This document shows positions 50,620 through 64,000 of a stretch of 64,000 nt of DNA, piece after piece. The stretch's first letter is position 1, and every line of letters starts with the position of its first letter. The position numbers were made by a program, and so were the translations under genes. The DNA is from Torpedo marmorata (Eukaryota). The stretch spans positions 277,388,001 through 277,452,000 of the forward strand of contig OZ360220.1 in NCBI GenBank assembly GCA_977017645.1, written 5' to 3'. The notes under the pieces are model-generated. The model did no database searches, was not told the origin of the DNA, and worked only from the letters and a program-made list of their open reading frames with translations.

Positions 50620-52707
50620 AAAAATTAACTTCTATATCGACTTGTTAATTTGGTGCGCATTAGTCCGGACGCAGCGCTGCGGACCTGTCTGAGGAGGTGA
50701 CAGTTCTTGTGAATTACGGTAAACAGAAAACGAGCGGTTTCCCAAAGTGCACCAACAAAGGAAGACACAGGTATCAAATAACAACTCTTTAACTCCTCTC
50801 CCTCCCCGCTACCACCCCACCCCCACTTAGCTCTCCTAATGGGCTGTCAAGAATCATAAAGAACACAATCTTGTTTTTGGACATTTATGAGGATAGCAGT
50901 ATATTTATTGGAATATTTTCTATTTTCTTTCTCAACGGCAAAATCCTTAAATAACGAAAAACTATCTTTGATGTCGGGAGCCGAAGTTGATCAGAAAACC
51001 AAGTAACACGTTGCAAGTTACATTTGAGCTATTTTTAAAAGTCCAGTTTATGAGCAAATAAATAAAATTAGATCAATATTTAAATAGGCATGTAATCAAA
51101 ATAAAACGCATTAATAATGTAATTGAATTTCCAATCGAGTAAGGATGACTAGAGCCATATTATTCCATCCTGTAGCTCAACAATGCATTTATTATTGCGC
51201 GTATGGACGTATTATTATTCCTAATGCTCAATTCATATGTAGCTGAAAGACTGGTGAAAATGAAACGCGACTGAAAGTAATCTTCAATCTCTAATTCTAT
51301 CTACAGTAATATTTTTGTTCCAGGAGACACGCCGCCGCTGATTTTGATCACGTGACTTATAACCTGCTGAAGAGTGGGCAGCATTTGAATCAATATCTCT
51401 GTTTTTTTTCTCCTTTTCTTTGAGAAAGCGTCAATGTCATGTAAAATATTCTATCATGATAGGTACAGATAGTTGACGAAATAATAATTTGAACCGTTAC
51501 ATCAAGAGATTAAAAATCAACGTGGTCAATATAAGCATTTCAAGTGACACTGCCGATCAAATGAATCGACAGACTTTTGAACGATTTAAATTAAATTTAT
51601 GTTTTCTGTATGTAAGGCGCCAAACACATTCAACCTCCTCTGTGAGCGCGCGTGTTGGGGGAAGGGAAAAGTCTGGCAAGCTGGAAACCAGAAGTGGATA
51701 CAAATGATATGTGTATCGTTGGAGCAGAGCTAATGTTTCCTTGTTTCGAGCTGAATGTGGAAAGTCAGACCTTTCGTGGTAATGATGCAATGAAACATTT
51801 CACCCGGTACGATTTAAATATCGCCGTTCCTGCTGAGAATAAATAGCTGGTTATAGCAAAGAACCAGATCCAAGTTGCATGTTTGTCCAAATCAAGATAA
51901 CCCTCTTAGTATTCAATATATATAAACTATGTTTTCAATGAACATGTTTCAGCATTATACATTAAGACAGACGCATAAAGGTAAAAAAAGCTTCGAAAAC
52001 TTGTACTCTGCGTGGAAGATGGACGTTGTTCGGAGGGATGGACTGTGGTCTCATTCTGTTTTGAGCTCCCTCTGGAAGCGGGGAGTGAAATTGTTCCATT
52101 ATCAAGTCTTTATTGCCCTCTCATCTCACATCTCAGGTGTTTGTACAACTCCTCCTCTGAGGTTCTCCCACTCACAATGACAGGAGAAAGCAGAACACGC
52201 GCTTTAATGGTTTTGCAGAAACTGAAGGAAAGTCGACCGTGTCTTATTTCAATAAAGGGTGGTGGGGCTGGGGGAGGAGGGTGAGGAGGTGGGCTTGGTG
52301 AGGAGGGGCGGGATGGTGATGGCAGAGGTGGGTGGGTTGAAAGATCTCATTATTAAATTCGCAATGAGATAAAAGGCGTTAGGCACCGACAGCAACTCAC
52401 GTTTATATTTTAGATCTCAAAGCTTTACAGTGCATTTTAGGGCAGATAACCTGACAGAAGTTTTAATAACCTGACTAAATAGGTTTGAAAACTGATTTTA
52501 AGATTTTGTTCTTTTCTAAAAAAAATACATGGAAACACTGCCGCAATTTAAGACGTATTTGGTTCAACTGTTTTATTTTACCAAACTGCCACGAAGGTTT
52601 AAACTTTAAACGCTTTTGTTCTGTCACAATATTTCTCAGTACGTATAATTCATACAATATTCCCCGCCATCCTCAATTTAATCTTACTTTATATTCTATC
52701 TTACTGC

Positions 52708-52846
52708 AAGTTTGTTGAGTGGACAATGCAAAATGTTAAAACCTCTTAGTACGTGAAACAATATAGAATGTAAAATAAGATTGTAGTGAAGTTGGCAGAG
52801 CATAAGTTTGTTGAATGGACGATGCAAAATATTCAAACCTCTAAGT
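52708..52846. repeat. Diverged 43-bp direct repeat, 96-bp period
   Basis: AAGTTTGTTGA.TGGAC.ATGCAAAAT.TT.AAACCTCT.AGT at 52708 and 52804. Confidence 0.85.
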
Positions 52847-55800
52847 CTCACCAGATGCAGTGAGTGCCAGAAGAAAACTACAGACTCTATGATCCAGTCG
52901 TGGCAACTTTTGCGATCATGAAAAAACGAACAGCACGTAGTCTCATGATTCTTGTCTGTCACTAATTGCGACAAACCTAGTGAAACAACAAATGACAAAA
53001 GAGTTGTTTTTCACAAAAAAATAAAATAGTACATAATTTGTCAGTTCTTTTTCGAAGTCAGAGGGATAAAGTCTGGGGAGACCATACAAACACCTTTTTA
53101 GAAAGCTAACACATGAATATATTAACATATCTCCAATATTTTGGAGCAGCTGTCGACTGAAATAGTATTTATGTCGCTAGCTATACCTTCAATATTTCAG
53201 TCGTAAATATGATGATCTCGCTATCAGCGTCCAGCAGGATTATGTATCTTGTGCAATTAACGCTGTCATATTTCATAATGTATAGGGCATAATATAGTTT
53301 TTTTTATCTCATTAACAGCGATGTCTTACTTTATATGCATATAAATGCCCACGTTGAGCGATGCGACGACCACAGCGATATTACCAGGACAATATACACG
53401 TTTAGGTTCAAAGCAAATGTCATTGATTATTCACCCAGTTATTATCTATCTGCATTTCTGCCTTAACAATGTAACTGTTGTAGGGAGATAAGTCGCACAC
53501 GAACACGTACTCTCAGTTGCGCTGGAATTATTCTTTCAGTGAGCGTCTTTTTGACGTGACCCTTTTATATTGATTTGCGAGGATTCTAATACTGTACTTT
53601 ACAACGCCAATGGTTGTTATATTGCTTATGGCTTTGTGGTAAACTGACCAGAAGCAACTATATGTAATATGCATAGAACGGGTCATTTCACTCAGATTAT
53701 GGTTCCATTTCCAATGTCTTATTGAGACAGAATTATCTATCTATCTATCTTTCTGATTGATATGCAATATATGGCAAGAAACAGAAAAGTAGGCTGGAGG
53801 GAGACAGCCAATGTTTAAATCGATATTTAATCCGTATCTGTAACATAACATGAGTCTCTTTCGCTTCGCGACACATTTTAATAAGGTCATAAAGAGAGCG
53901 CGTATTCATCCTAAAATATCTACATTTCTGGAATGAGATGATCCCATTTTTTGCGAGTTGGGGCTCGGAAACGGTAGGCGGGCGTGTGCGTACCCGCAAC
54001 TAGCAAAAACAAATCAATACTTTACAGTGTAATTGTGGCTGATGGTTGGGTTCCATCAAACTTCTGTTGACCCGGCGTTATTATCGTTACTCTTCGTTTT
54101 GCTCAATTATATCGCGAAAGCAAAAGGTTGACCAAGTCAACTTTTCCGGACAAACTATTCGTAATTCTTTACTTTATGAAATGGCCTCATATTCATGAGA
54201 TCAGTCCAGGGTCGAGTTTTTTTTTCTGCCTTGTCCACCTAATCAAGTATTATACTCAGCAATTTTGGACCTAATAATAAAAGTACATTTAGCCTTTGGT
54301 GCACATTTTGGGATCAGTACTTAACCCAATGAAATTATTAGTATTAGGCAATCAACTTAGAATGTAACGCAGCCAATGAAATGATTCCCCAGTATTTTCT
54401 TTTGCTGTATGTTGAGAGTGTCCATGGTATCCCCCAGGGCTCCTTCTCCCTGCCTGCTCCCTGATTTCGTGTATAAAAGCAGCTCTGAATGATGGATTAC
54501 TGTGTCATTGCAGCCTGCGAAGGATTAATTTGTTTCATTGATTTCTCTTTAGGCAGAATGCCAGGATTCGCTGCTTCCCACCTTTACAGGATACTTCCAG
54601 CAGTAATAGACGGTAATAGCCTAAGACAAATCAGCCCATTCTTGTAAAAATAGAACCACAACGCCCAAATCCCCAAGTTGGCTGCAAGGATGCACCCTTT
54701 CTACTGCACTGCAAGGACATTAATAAATAAGATTTTTTTTACATTATTGTGGTTCTTTTGTTTCTCTAAAGACAATGAGATGAAAAGCTTACGAGGCACA
54801 ATCTCAGTGGGCATTCTTAGTATAGTATAAACTAAGTTATTATGAACCAAGTTAGACTCTTTGAAACAAGTTTCTGGTTTTGAATAGTTTTGTGCAAAAC
54901 TATCCACTCAAGAAACACATTGGCTGGCATTAGACCAACCAGGAAGGACTGTTGAACATTAAAAAAAATGCACAGGGCCCTATATTTTTTAAAACAGCTG
55001 CACTAACAATATAAAAACCAAATAATATATGCTAAATGATAAATAACATAATTACTCTATTGCACTTAACTTCCCTTGTATGAAAATACACAATGTTTCA
55101 TAACAATACATTTTTCTGACTTTATCTTCATAATTGACAAAAAGGCATCACCTTTGAAAATTGTGACATTAAAACAGTTTATCAATATTTTGCATACCTT
55201 TTAAATTACAGCTTCTTATTTTTCCATTTTAAGTTCCCTCATAACCACTTATTCAAATGATTTGTCCAGCAATTATTTTTAAGCACACTTGATTAATGAT
55301 GTGAAAGCTTCAATGTGCATGCTCCTTTGAGATATATTGCATAAGTTGTAAAGTAATACATTTAAAGAACTACAGTTTATAAAATGCAGATTAATCAATT
55401 CACATTATTCATCAATGTAACCATGTATGTAAGTACTTATATATAGGAAAACAAATAACTTAATTATTCTACTTCACCAAACACTGCAGACCCCTTTGGT
55501 AATGACATGTATATTATAATAGTATTATACAAAATTGATTTCTTCAGAAATTTGCCAATGCAAAAATAAAGTTGAATACATTCATTTTGGTAACAAAACA
55601 ATCCAAACTGGCTAAACTACCCAAGATTTATTTAGTTTAAATATTTCAGGTCCCAACTGTTTTTAATATACTAATTTTAAAGATGGAATTCAAAACCCTT
55701 ATTGCATGAGGAAGTATTTAATTGTTATTTGTTCAGTCATATTTTAGAGTTAATAAGATTATTAATAGTTACATTTCAAACCTCACAGATTCTAGCAGGT

Positions 55801-56210
55801 CCATGCATTTTGAACGTTAACCATTATAAATACAGTACTCTGAGAGAGCTATACTGCCAACAGTAAACCTGAATAAACAATCACAAATTTTCAGTTACTT
55901 TGATCTAAAAGAAAAATATTTGGAACTTCAGCAGAGATAAATGAAAACAGATGCCATAAGGCCACTAATGGTTTGCAAACAAATTGGACAAATCTATCAC
56001 AGGTTGTGGTCTACCTCACTCATTAGGAATTTATGTTTTGTAGATAAAATAATGTTTACAAACCAGTACTTTGATTTCAAAGTTTGCTGCATTGCTGAGT
56101 TACCGTAAGCAGAATCACTAATGTGTTAAGGATCAGAAATTTTGATTTCTGTTTAGTAATGTATGCATAATGTACAATACTGACACATTCTAAGTGTAAT
56201 ACTCACTACT

Positions 56211-58056
56211 TAGAGCTTGAAGTGCTGCTTTCAGGACAGGCGATAAGATAGGACTAAAAACAGCAAGGGTCGAATTCTCCCAGGCAATCAGGAAGGCAAA
56301 GTGGGGCTATGCACAGAAGATCCACAAACAACTGTGCAACACTGGTGACACAAGGCACATGTGGCAAGGTATTAAAACCACAACGAACCACAATTTATCC
56401 TTTTGGTTCAGTGATAATGACACCTCCCTCCCTGACAGGCTGAACACCTTCTAGGCATGGTTCGATGCAGAAAACAACATGATACCAAAGAAAGCCTGTC
56501 CCCCCACCTGAGGAACAGGCACCATGCCTAGCCACAGCTGAGGTGAGGAGGATCCTATCCAGGGTGATCCCACACAAAGCAGCAGGACCAGATAACATAC
56601 CTGGTCAGGTGCTGAAAAACTGTGTCGACCAGCTGACTGAGGTCCAAATGGACATCTTCAATATTTCACTCCAGCAGTACCTTGTCTCCGCAGGTTTCAA
56701 GGCAGCCACCATCATCCCGCTGCCCAAAAGAGTGATGGTAGCTGGACTAAATTACTATCCAGTGGCACAGACCACTATGACCATGAAGTGCTTTGAGTGA
56801 CTGGTAATGGAGTGCATCCAAGCGACTATGGACCCATTCCAGTTTGTCTATCAGCCAAACCAATCGACAGATGATGCAATAGCCCTGACTCGCTACTCTG
56901 TCCTGGCCCAACTAGCGAACAATACCTCATTCGCCAGGATGTTGTTCATTGACTTCAGCTTGGCATTCAACACAATCATACCTCAGAGGCTGGTGGATAA
57001 ACTGTCCTTGCTGGGTCGCAGTACCCCTCTCTGCAACTGAATTCTGGACTTCTTGATTGAAAGACCACAGTCTGTCTGGGTTGGCAGCAAAACCTCAAGC
57101 CCCATCACACTGAGCACTGGCACACCTCAGGGCTGCGTGCTCAGCCCACTACTGTTCATGCTGCTAACTCACGACTGTACTGCTAGGTTCAGCTCCAACA
57201 GGATCATGAAGTTTGCAGATGACTCAACGATCTTTGGTCTCATTGACAACAATGATGAGTCGGCTTACAGAGAGGAGGTTGAAAGACTTGTACAGTGGTG
57301 TAAGAGCAACAACCTGAGTCTCAATGTGGACAAGACAAAGGAGATGATTGTGGACTTCAGGAGGACGAAGGACCACTCCCCACTATATAACAATGGCTCC
57401 GTTGTAGAGAGAGTGGGGAGCACAAAGGACGACCTATCCTGAACTCACAACACCTTCTCATTAGTTAGGAAGGTGCAGCAGTGCCTACACTTCCTAAGGA
57501 AATTGAGGAGGGCAAGGCTTCCGCCCACCATCCTAGCAATGTTCTACAGGAGCACAAAAGAGAGTGTTCTGGCTGGCTGCATCATAGTGTGGTACAAAGG
57601 ATCATGGTGCGGTACAAAGCATCAGATCGGAGGTCAGTACGGTGGGTGATTAAAACTGATGAGAAGATTACTGGGGTCTCCCTTCCCTCTATTGACAATA
57701 TTTACAGGGAGTGGTGCTTAAAGAGGGCTCAGAGTATCATTGATGATCCTTACCATCCAGCCTGCAGTATCCTTGAGACACCACCTTCAAGTAAGAGGAA
57801 CAGGAGGATAAAAACCAGGACTGCCAGGCTGGGAAACAGCTTCTTCCCGCAGGCGGTGAGACTGTTGAACAATCCTAGAAACCCGTAAATTATTTTTATA
57901 TATATTTATTTTGGATTGCTATGTATGTATATATATATATTGTTTGTGAGTAGGGTGTACTGTATGTCTGTGTGTGTGCACTATGGTCCAGAGATACACT
58001 GTTTCGTTGTGTTGTATATGTATATGTACAATCAGATGTCAATAAACTTGAACTTG
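56211..58056 (+). mobile_element. Decayed Rex1/Babar LINE (RT pseudogene with stops, frameshifts and deletions)
   Basis: [94 protein letters not shown]; tail AATAAACTTGAACTTG. Confidence 0.92.
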
Positions 58057-59990
58057 TACTAAATAATTTTTCTTTAAATAATACTGTCATTGTAAATTGC
58101 CAGGTCTTTCAATTCTTTTGGAATGCTTTTCTTCTGTACACCTTTATTTCAGGCATCGAATGGAAGAAGAAAAAACAAAACAATCAAAGTTACAATAGGT
58201 CTATTTTTCTGTGCTGGGAAATACATTATTTCATCAATACATTGATCTTTACTGTAAGTTTAATCATACATAAAAATAAATAATATGTGAACTAATATCA
58301 ATAAAACTGACATCTTGTAAATCCTGAAATTATAAAATCCTTCAGATTTGGAAAAGAATCAGAAATTTAGATCTACATATTTGAAGAGTACCCAAAATGA
58401 GGGTTGTCATTATTTTTGATAATGATGGAGTGCTTGTCAAAGCTTGTAATTTTTTTAATCCCATTAATATCTAAAGAACAAATCATTGCATAGATACTCA
58501 TTTAAAGCAGTAGTATCGTATCTAGTTGAGCAGTAATATTAAAATAGATCCACTTGCATTAGTCCATCTGAAACTCAGCTGCACCAACTCATGTCCTTTG
58601 CTTCTTAAAATCAAATAACTAGGTTTCATAATACCTATTAACTTACTTTATCAATGTTTTCTTAACTGATATTAAACAAAATAGTCCATCTCATACCGAA
58701 ATACTGGTCCATGACATTCAGACATATCTGTAAGATGCTTCCTGTAGTCTGCCTGAGCATTGGCTATGGAAACAAAAGCATTTTTTTCTTTCCATTTAAA
58801 TAGTTTGTAAGCTTTAGTAGTTGCTGGAGATAAAGTGTATAATATTCAGGTTTATGGAAATGTAAGGACATGTATCTCAGAATATTTCTTCAGTTCTTGA
58901 TTCAATTTCACTGAAGACCTTGTTGCTATTTTTAGAGGATGAGATGGCATCAAGATTTTTCTTCTAATTTAACTTTGCAAAGTTTTCTATGGAAACCTGA
59001 CAGGTATTTGATCTGTAATATTTATATGATTGTTAGTAATTAACAAGAACAGTTATTGAATAATGTTTTGTGTAATATAATTTGCTTCATATAATATATA
59101 ATTTGCTAACACAAAATTTATAGATTTTGAGATCATCCTGCATGTTTTCACATCTGCTCACTAAAAAGACAATCAGCCAATCAGCTTCTAAGATCCTTCC
59201 AATGATCAAACCCTGGAGTGTTCTGAAGAGCAGCAAAGATAACTTGCTCTCAATCTCTCTCTCTCTCTCTCTCTCTGAATGGATTCTGCAGCAAGGTGTT
59301 GTCTTATTTGCACATACCCACTTTCAAAATACTGTATGTTCATTATTTTATTTTGCATTGTTCCAAAGACATTGTAATAGTTTTCAGATTGACACAACAC
59401 CTGAGAAATTATAAATATAAATTTAATTTACGAGACTTAATTCTATCAGAAGTGATTTTAGCACATTTACACCCACACATTAGTAATTGTGATGGCATCC
59501 AGACCAAATGTTTGGCAGGAAGTAGAAGTACAAGCAATCACATCGCCTGCCGGTGAAAAAATGTGTTACAAACCGAGTTGCTCAACAACGTAACAACATT
59601 AAGATTCAGGAAACGTGACAGAATATTTTGCTTCTGAATAAGGAATGAGATGTATATCTTTGTTGGAAAATGGGAACAGTTGCCATAATATGTATGTGAT
59701 AAATTATACTAGTGTATTAATGAACAGGATACTTAGATTGAACATTAGCTCTGACCACTGGCTAATTTAGCTCTTACATGAAGTAAAAGTAACTGACCAT
59801 ATTTTGCTCATTTTTTGCTCAAATAAAATCTTAACTCAGACGAGGCCCTACTATTTTTACTGGATCATTTGAAACATTTGCTTCTCATCACAATCAAGAG
59901 CATTGCCAGTTAAACCATGTCAGAGGTCTTCTAATATGACCCATGATCTAATCTCTCAGTGATGCACAATATTTTAGGTTACAAAGTTCT

Positions 59991-60574
59991 TAGAACCATA
60001 GAACCATAGAACATTACAGCACAGAAAACAGGCCCTTCGGCCATTCTAGTCTGTGCCGGACTATTATTCTGCCTAGTCCCACTGACCTGCACCCAGTCCA
60101 TACCCCTCATATCCATGTACCTGTCCAAATTCTTCTTAAATATTAAAATTGAGCCCACATTTACTCCTTTAGCTGGCAGTTCGTTCCACACTCCCACCAC
60201 TCTCTGTGTGAAGAAGTTCCCCCTAATGTTTCCCCTAAACATTTCCCCTTTCACCCTTAACCAATGTCCGCTGGTTTGTATCTCACGTACCCTATAGATT
60301 TACTCTGTCTCTTCCCCTCAGAATTTTAAATACCTCTATCAAATTTCCCCTCATTGTTCTATGCTCCAGGGAATAAAGTTCTAACCTGGTTAACCTTTCC
60401 TAGTAACTCAGTTCCTGAAGTCTATATCCTAGTAAATCCCAGTAACATCCTAGTAAATCTTCTCTGCACTCTTTCAATCTTATTGATATCTTTCCCGTAG
60501 TTAGGTGACCAAAACTGAACACAATACTCCAAATTTGGCCTCACCAATGTCTTATACAACTTTTCCATAACATC
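59991..60574 (-). mobile_element. 5'-truncated CR1 LINE 3' end
   Basis: LYKTLVRPNLEYCVQFWSP...IERVQRRFTRML; GNFFTQRVVGVWNELP; (TTCTATGG)n-like tail. Confidence 0.9.
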
Positions 60575-62566
60575 ACTCAAGCCCATATATTTTCTTAACC
60601 AATCAAATCGAGGAATTGTTAATGGGTGCTGCACTATTAATTATGTGAAATAGTGAATGTAAACAAAAATAATGAATACAATGTCAAATGACAAACAGAA
60701 AACAAAGAGAAGGAAATAAAATTTTGATTAACAAATAAAAGGAACACAATTAAGCACATTTCATTTTCCTCATATTTTCAAGAATTACGGTAATATATTA
60801 AGAAATAAGACAATTTTAATGTGGCAGATAGCTGTTTACTAAAATGATAGCAAATGTTTAATGGACAGACCTTCACATTTCTTGGCAATTTTAGTTCCTT
60901 TACATTAGCCATGTACCAAAGTTTCACACCATTGAAACTTTTGGTAATTAGAAAATTCTTGATTTACAATTTATCAAGAGCAGTCTCTGGATGTTTCTGA
61001 ACAGTTTCCTTTTCAATAATAGTGGGCGATATCAGTCTCACCAGCACTCCTAAGTTAAGCACAAAGTACACTTGGTGTTCTGAAATGAGCTTCCTTTATC
61101 TACTAGAGCTGGTAGTTTATTCTTTTCATAGGAAATGCTAGAAATAATGTCTCAAGCAGCATCTGTGATAAAAGACAGTCAATGTTCCAGGACAGTGATC
61201 TTTCATCAGAACTCATTTGGATTTGAATTATCTTTTTAAAAATTCTTATTAATTTGTTAAAATATAATTTACTTAAAATAGTCACAATGCATTTAAATAT
61301 TTTTTTAAACCATGTAATCATTTGAGCACCTTTGTTCAGAATTAAGCTAGCCACAGATTGGGAAATATTTATTCTTCAATTTGTTTAGATGTTAGTGGTT
61401 TCTTAAACCTAATAAACACATATAACATTATTTACATCATACACCCTGTGGCTATATGGCTTTGTGTTACTTGGCAGAGTATTTTTCATCAGAGACAAGC
61501 AACTTGGTACTTTGGAGCTTTGGTTATGTTTTCAGTGAAATCACATAGGGAATAGCTATCATCTTTCAGTCAAATTGGTGCACGTTAGCTTCCATTTTTT
61601 TCATGCTGTTCCACTGTTATTTTCATTCCGTTTCATTTGGCCCTTCTATGAGATTGTGGTGAGAAGTTCAACACTGAACTATTGATATTATACAGCTGTG
61701 CTCACTTTGTGCAGTACAACTGGATCCTGATGCAATGTGGACAGAATGCAAATGGTCAATTGTTCCCTTAAATTAGAACTTGTTTTTTTTTAATGTTTCA
61801 TTTCGGTTATGTTCTTGACAGCTTGTTAATTTTCTGGTTGAAAAGAATAGTGCACAGTTGAAATGTAGAACCATCTTTTTTTCCTTGTCTTGTTCCTTTC
61901 CAGTTAATCAATGACACCACACAACTCTGCCATTCTGATAGGTTCCTGGTGCCAATTGGCTTACCTTCAGGCTCTATGCCTCCATCTCACACCGGGGGGT
62001 GGGGGGGAAGGGAAGGGGGTGTTCTAAGGATCCTTCACTTGTTTCTTTGAACCCTAACCATAATCTTAATGAGGCCCAACCAGAACCAGCTCCACTATCA
62101 CCTGGCTGAACAATTCTACTAATTTTCTCTAAATCACTGGTGTATCTATGATAAATTACATAAGTTCAAGCAATTCCTATCTTCGTGGGATTCAAAGAAT
62201 AGTTTTTGTTTCAGTCTACTCAGGTTTGGTCCTGCAATGTTTTGCTAGTACATGTTCAACTGTATTGCTGCATTTTTCTGAATTCTTACAGAATTTTAAT
62301 AACACATTAATTTTGCTGCCAATTTCCACCTTGCCATTACTTTCACACGGCCCATGCCAATTCTTCTCCTCCCTTTATTATCTTATCTGCCTATATCTAA
62401 AGGGATAGTCTTGTGACCAACATCCATAACAGGCCTAAAGACCCCCACCGGTGTCTTGACTGTCCCTTCATCCACCCATTCCAACTTCCTTTAAAGTCTT
62501 CATCCCATTCCTTCAGTTACTCTATCTCTCGTCTTCTGTTCTAATGTTAAATCTTTCCACACCAGT

Positions 62567-63558
62567 ACCTGGATGAACTGGGAAAATGGGCCAAGGTGCA
62601 ATTTAACTCAGACAAGTGTGAGGTGTTGAATAATAGTGTCCTGGGGAGTGTTGCGGTACAGGTACTTAATTCCATGAAAGTGGAGATGCAGGTAGACAGA
62701 GTAGTGAAGAAGTCATTTGGCATGCTTGTGTTCATTGGACAGTGCATTGACACAGCAGGGATGTCACAGGATTGGTGACCAAATTTTCATTCAGCTAGAA
62801 AGCGTGCAGAAAAATTTCACAGGAGTATTACAAGTACTGATAGGCTTGAATTATAAGGAAAGGCTGGGTCGGCTGAGACTCTTCTCCCTGAAGCTTAGGA
62901 GGCTAACAGGACCTTTTTTGAGGTTTATGAAATCATGAGGGGCATAGCTATTATAAATAGTGATAGGCTTTATCCAAGGGTACGGGATTCTAAAAACTAG
63001 AGGGCATAGATTTGGAGGACAGTGGAAAGATTTAAAAGGGACCTGAATTTTAAAATTTAAATTAAAAATTTTAAAATTTAAATTTAGACATGCAGCACGG
63101 TAACAGGCCATTGCGGCCCACGAGTCCGTGTTGCCCAATTTACACCCAATTAACCTACACCCCCGGTACGTTTCGAATGGTGGGAGGAAACTGGAGCCCC
63201 CGGGGAAAACCCACGCAGACATGGGGAGAACGTACAAACTCCTTACAGACAGTGTGGGATTCGAACCCAGGTCTTGATCGTTGGTGCTGTAAAGACGTTG
63301 CGCTAACCGCTACGCCAACCGTGCCGCCCAGAGAGACACCTTCTTCAAATGAATGATGGTGGGTATATAGAATGAGCAGCCAGAGGAAGTGGTAGAAGTG
63401 GGAATAATTTTAATGTTCAAAAGACATTGAGACAGGTACATGACAGAAAAGATTTAGAGGGATTTGGGCCGAATGCAGGCAATTGGGACTAGTTTTATCA
63501 GCATGGACACGTTGGGCCGAAGGCACTGTCTTCATTCTGTTAAACTCTATGACTCTAT
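62567..63558 (+). mobile_element. Degraded CR1 LINE 3' portion, split by a SINE
   Basis: QFNSDKCEVL, MKVEMQVDRVVKKSFGMLVFI, LESVQKNFT...YKERLGRLRLFSL; tail TTGGGCCGAAGG...ACTCTATGACTCTA. Confidence 0.85.
63047..63329 (-). mobile_element. HE1-like tRNA-derived SINE with intact A and B boxes
   Basis: A-box TGGCGTAGCGG, B-box GGTTCGAATCCC, (TAAATT)n-like tail; third copy of the family in this window. Confidence 0.9.
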
Positions 63559-64000
63559 CTCTGAGATGTCTTGCCTATTCCTTAAGCTCGGCTTCCCCAC
63601 TACCATAGTTGATGTGGCTTTCCAACACTTCTGATCTCACCCCCTCTCTTCGCAGAGTGAACAAGAATAAGGTGTCCTTTGTCCTTGCTTTTCACCCACT
63701 TCATCAGATTTCAAGCATCACCTTCAACAAAATTGCACCACTGAAGACATCTTTCCCTTCCCTTTCAGCATTCCAAAAGGACTCCTGGTTCGCCCGTCTT
63801 CTCACAAACCACATCTTGTTCTACATTTGTTCTGTTACTTCCATCTATTTCTGTACCTATTGTCTGTATCTAACCTTATCCTGTACATTACTCAATGCCT
63901 CACTGACATTTATTTGAACTGAGGTGGCGACTGTTCTTAATTTCCTTGGCTGTCTCAATATCATCATCTTTTTATTTATCTTCTACCTTAACCCATTAAA

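Larger units (their letters stand above)
62500..63800 (+). mobile_element. Degraded Penelope-like element, split by CR1
   Basis: Left CCATTCCTTC...CTTTCCACACCAG resumes as TCTGAGATGTC...AACAAGAATAAGGTGTCCTTTGTCCTTGCTTTTCACCC...CATCTTTCCCTTCCCTTTCAGCATTCC; resembles recalled shark Penelope sequence. Confidence 0.5.

Overview
AT-rich vertebrate genomic DNA, very probably a cartilaginous fish (ray-like), inferred from HE1-type tRNA-derived SINEs, CR1, Rex1/Babar and Penelope-like relics. The window holds the complete three-exon nuclear receptor gene NR2F1 (COUP-TFI) on the minus strand (CDS 43233-42786, 42062-41535, 39918-39644; 416 aa). It also holds the terminal coding exon of FAM172A/ARB2A on the plus strand (11032-11183), which the ORF track misses, in the same tail-to-tail arrangement as in mammals. 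A ~39 kb CpG-retaining, nearly transposon-free domain (~15.4-54.8 kb) surrounds NR2F1 and carries many enhancer-like blocks; it is flanked by CpG-depleted DNA with nested retroelements. There are three assembly gaps. I found no prokaryotic systems and no convincing wholly new protein-coding system. The best leads are a DR1-TATA-CArG promoter, 5'UTR splice donors that could give a DBD-less NR2F1, a relic DeuSINE inside the TE-free zone, a twin-priming-like inverted Rex1 LINE, a perfect 24-bp hairpin, CDE-like 3'UTR motifs and a CTCF-like site. Family and orthologue comparisons are from memory, not database searches.
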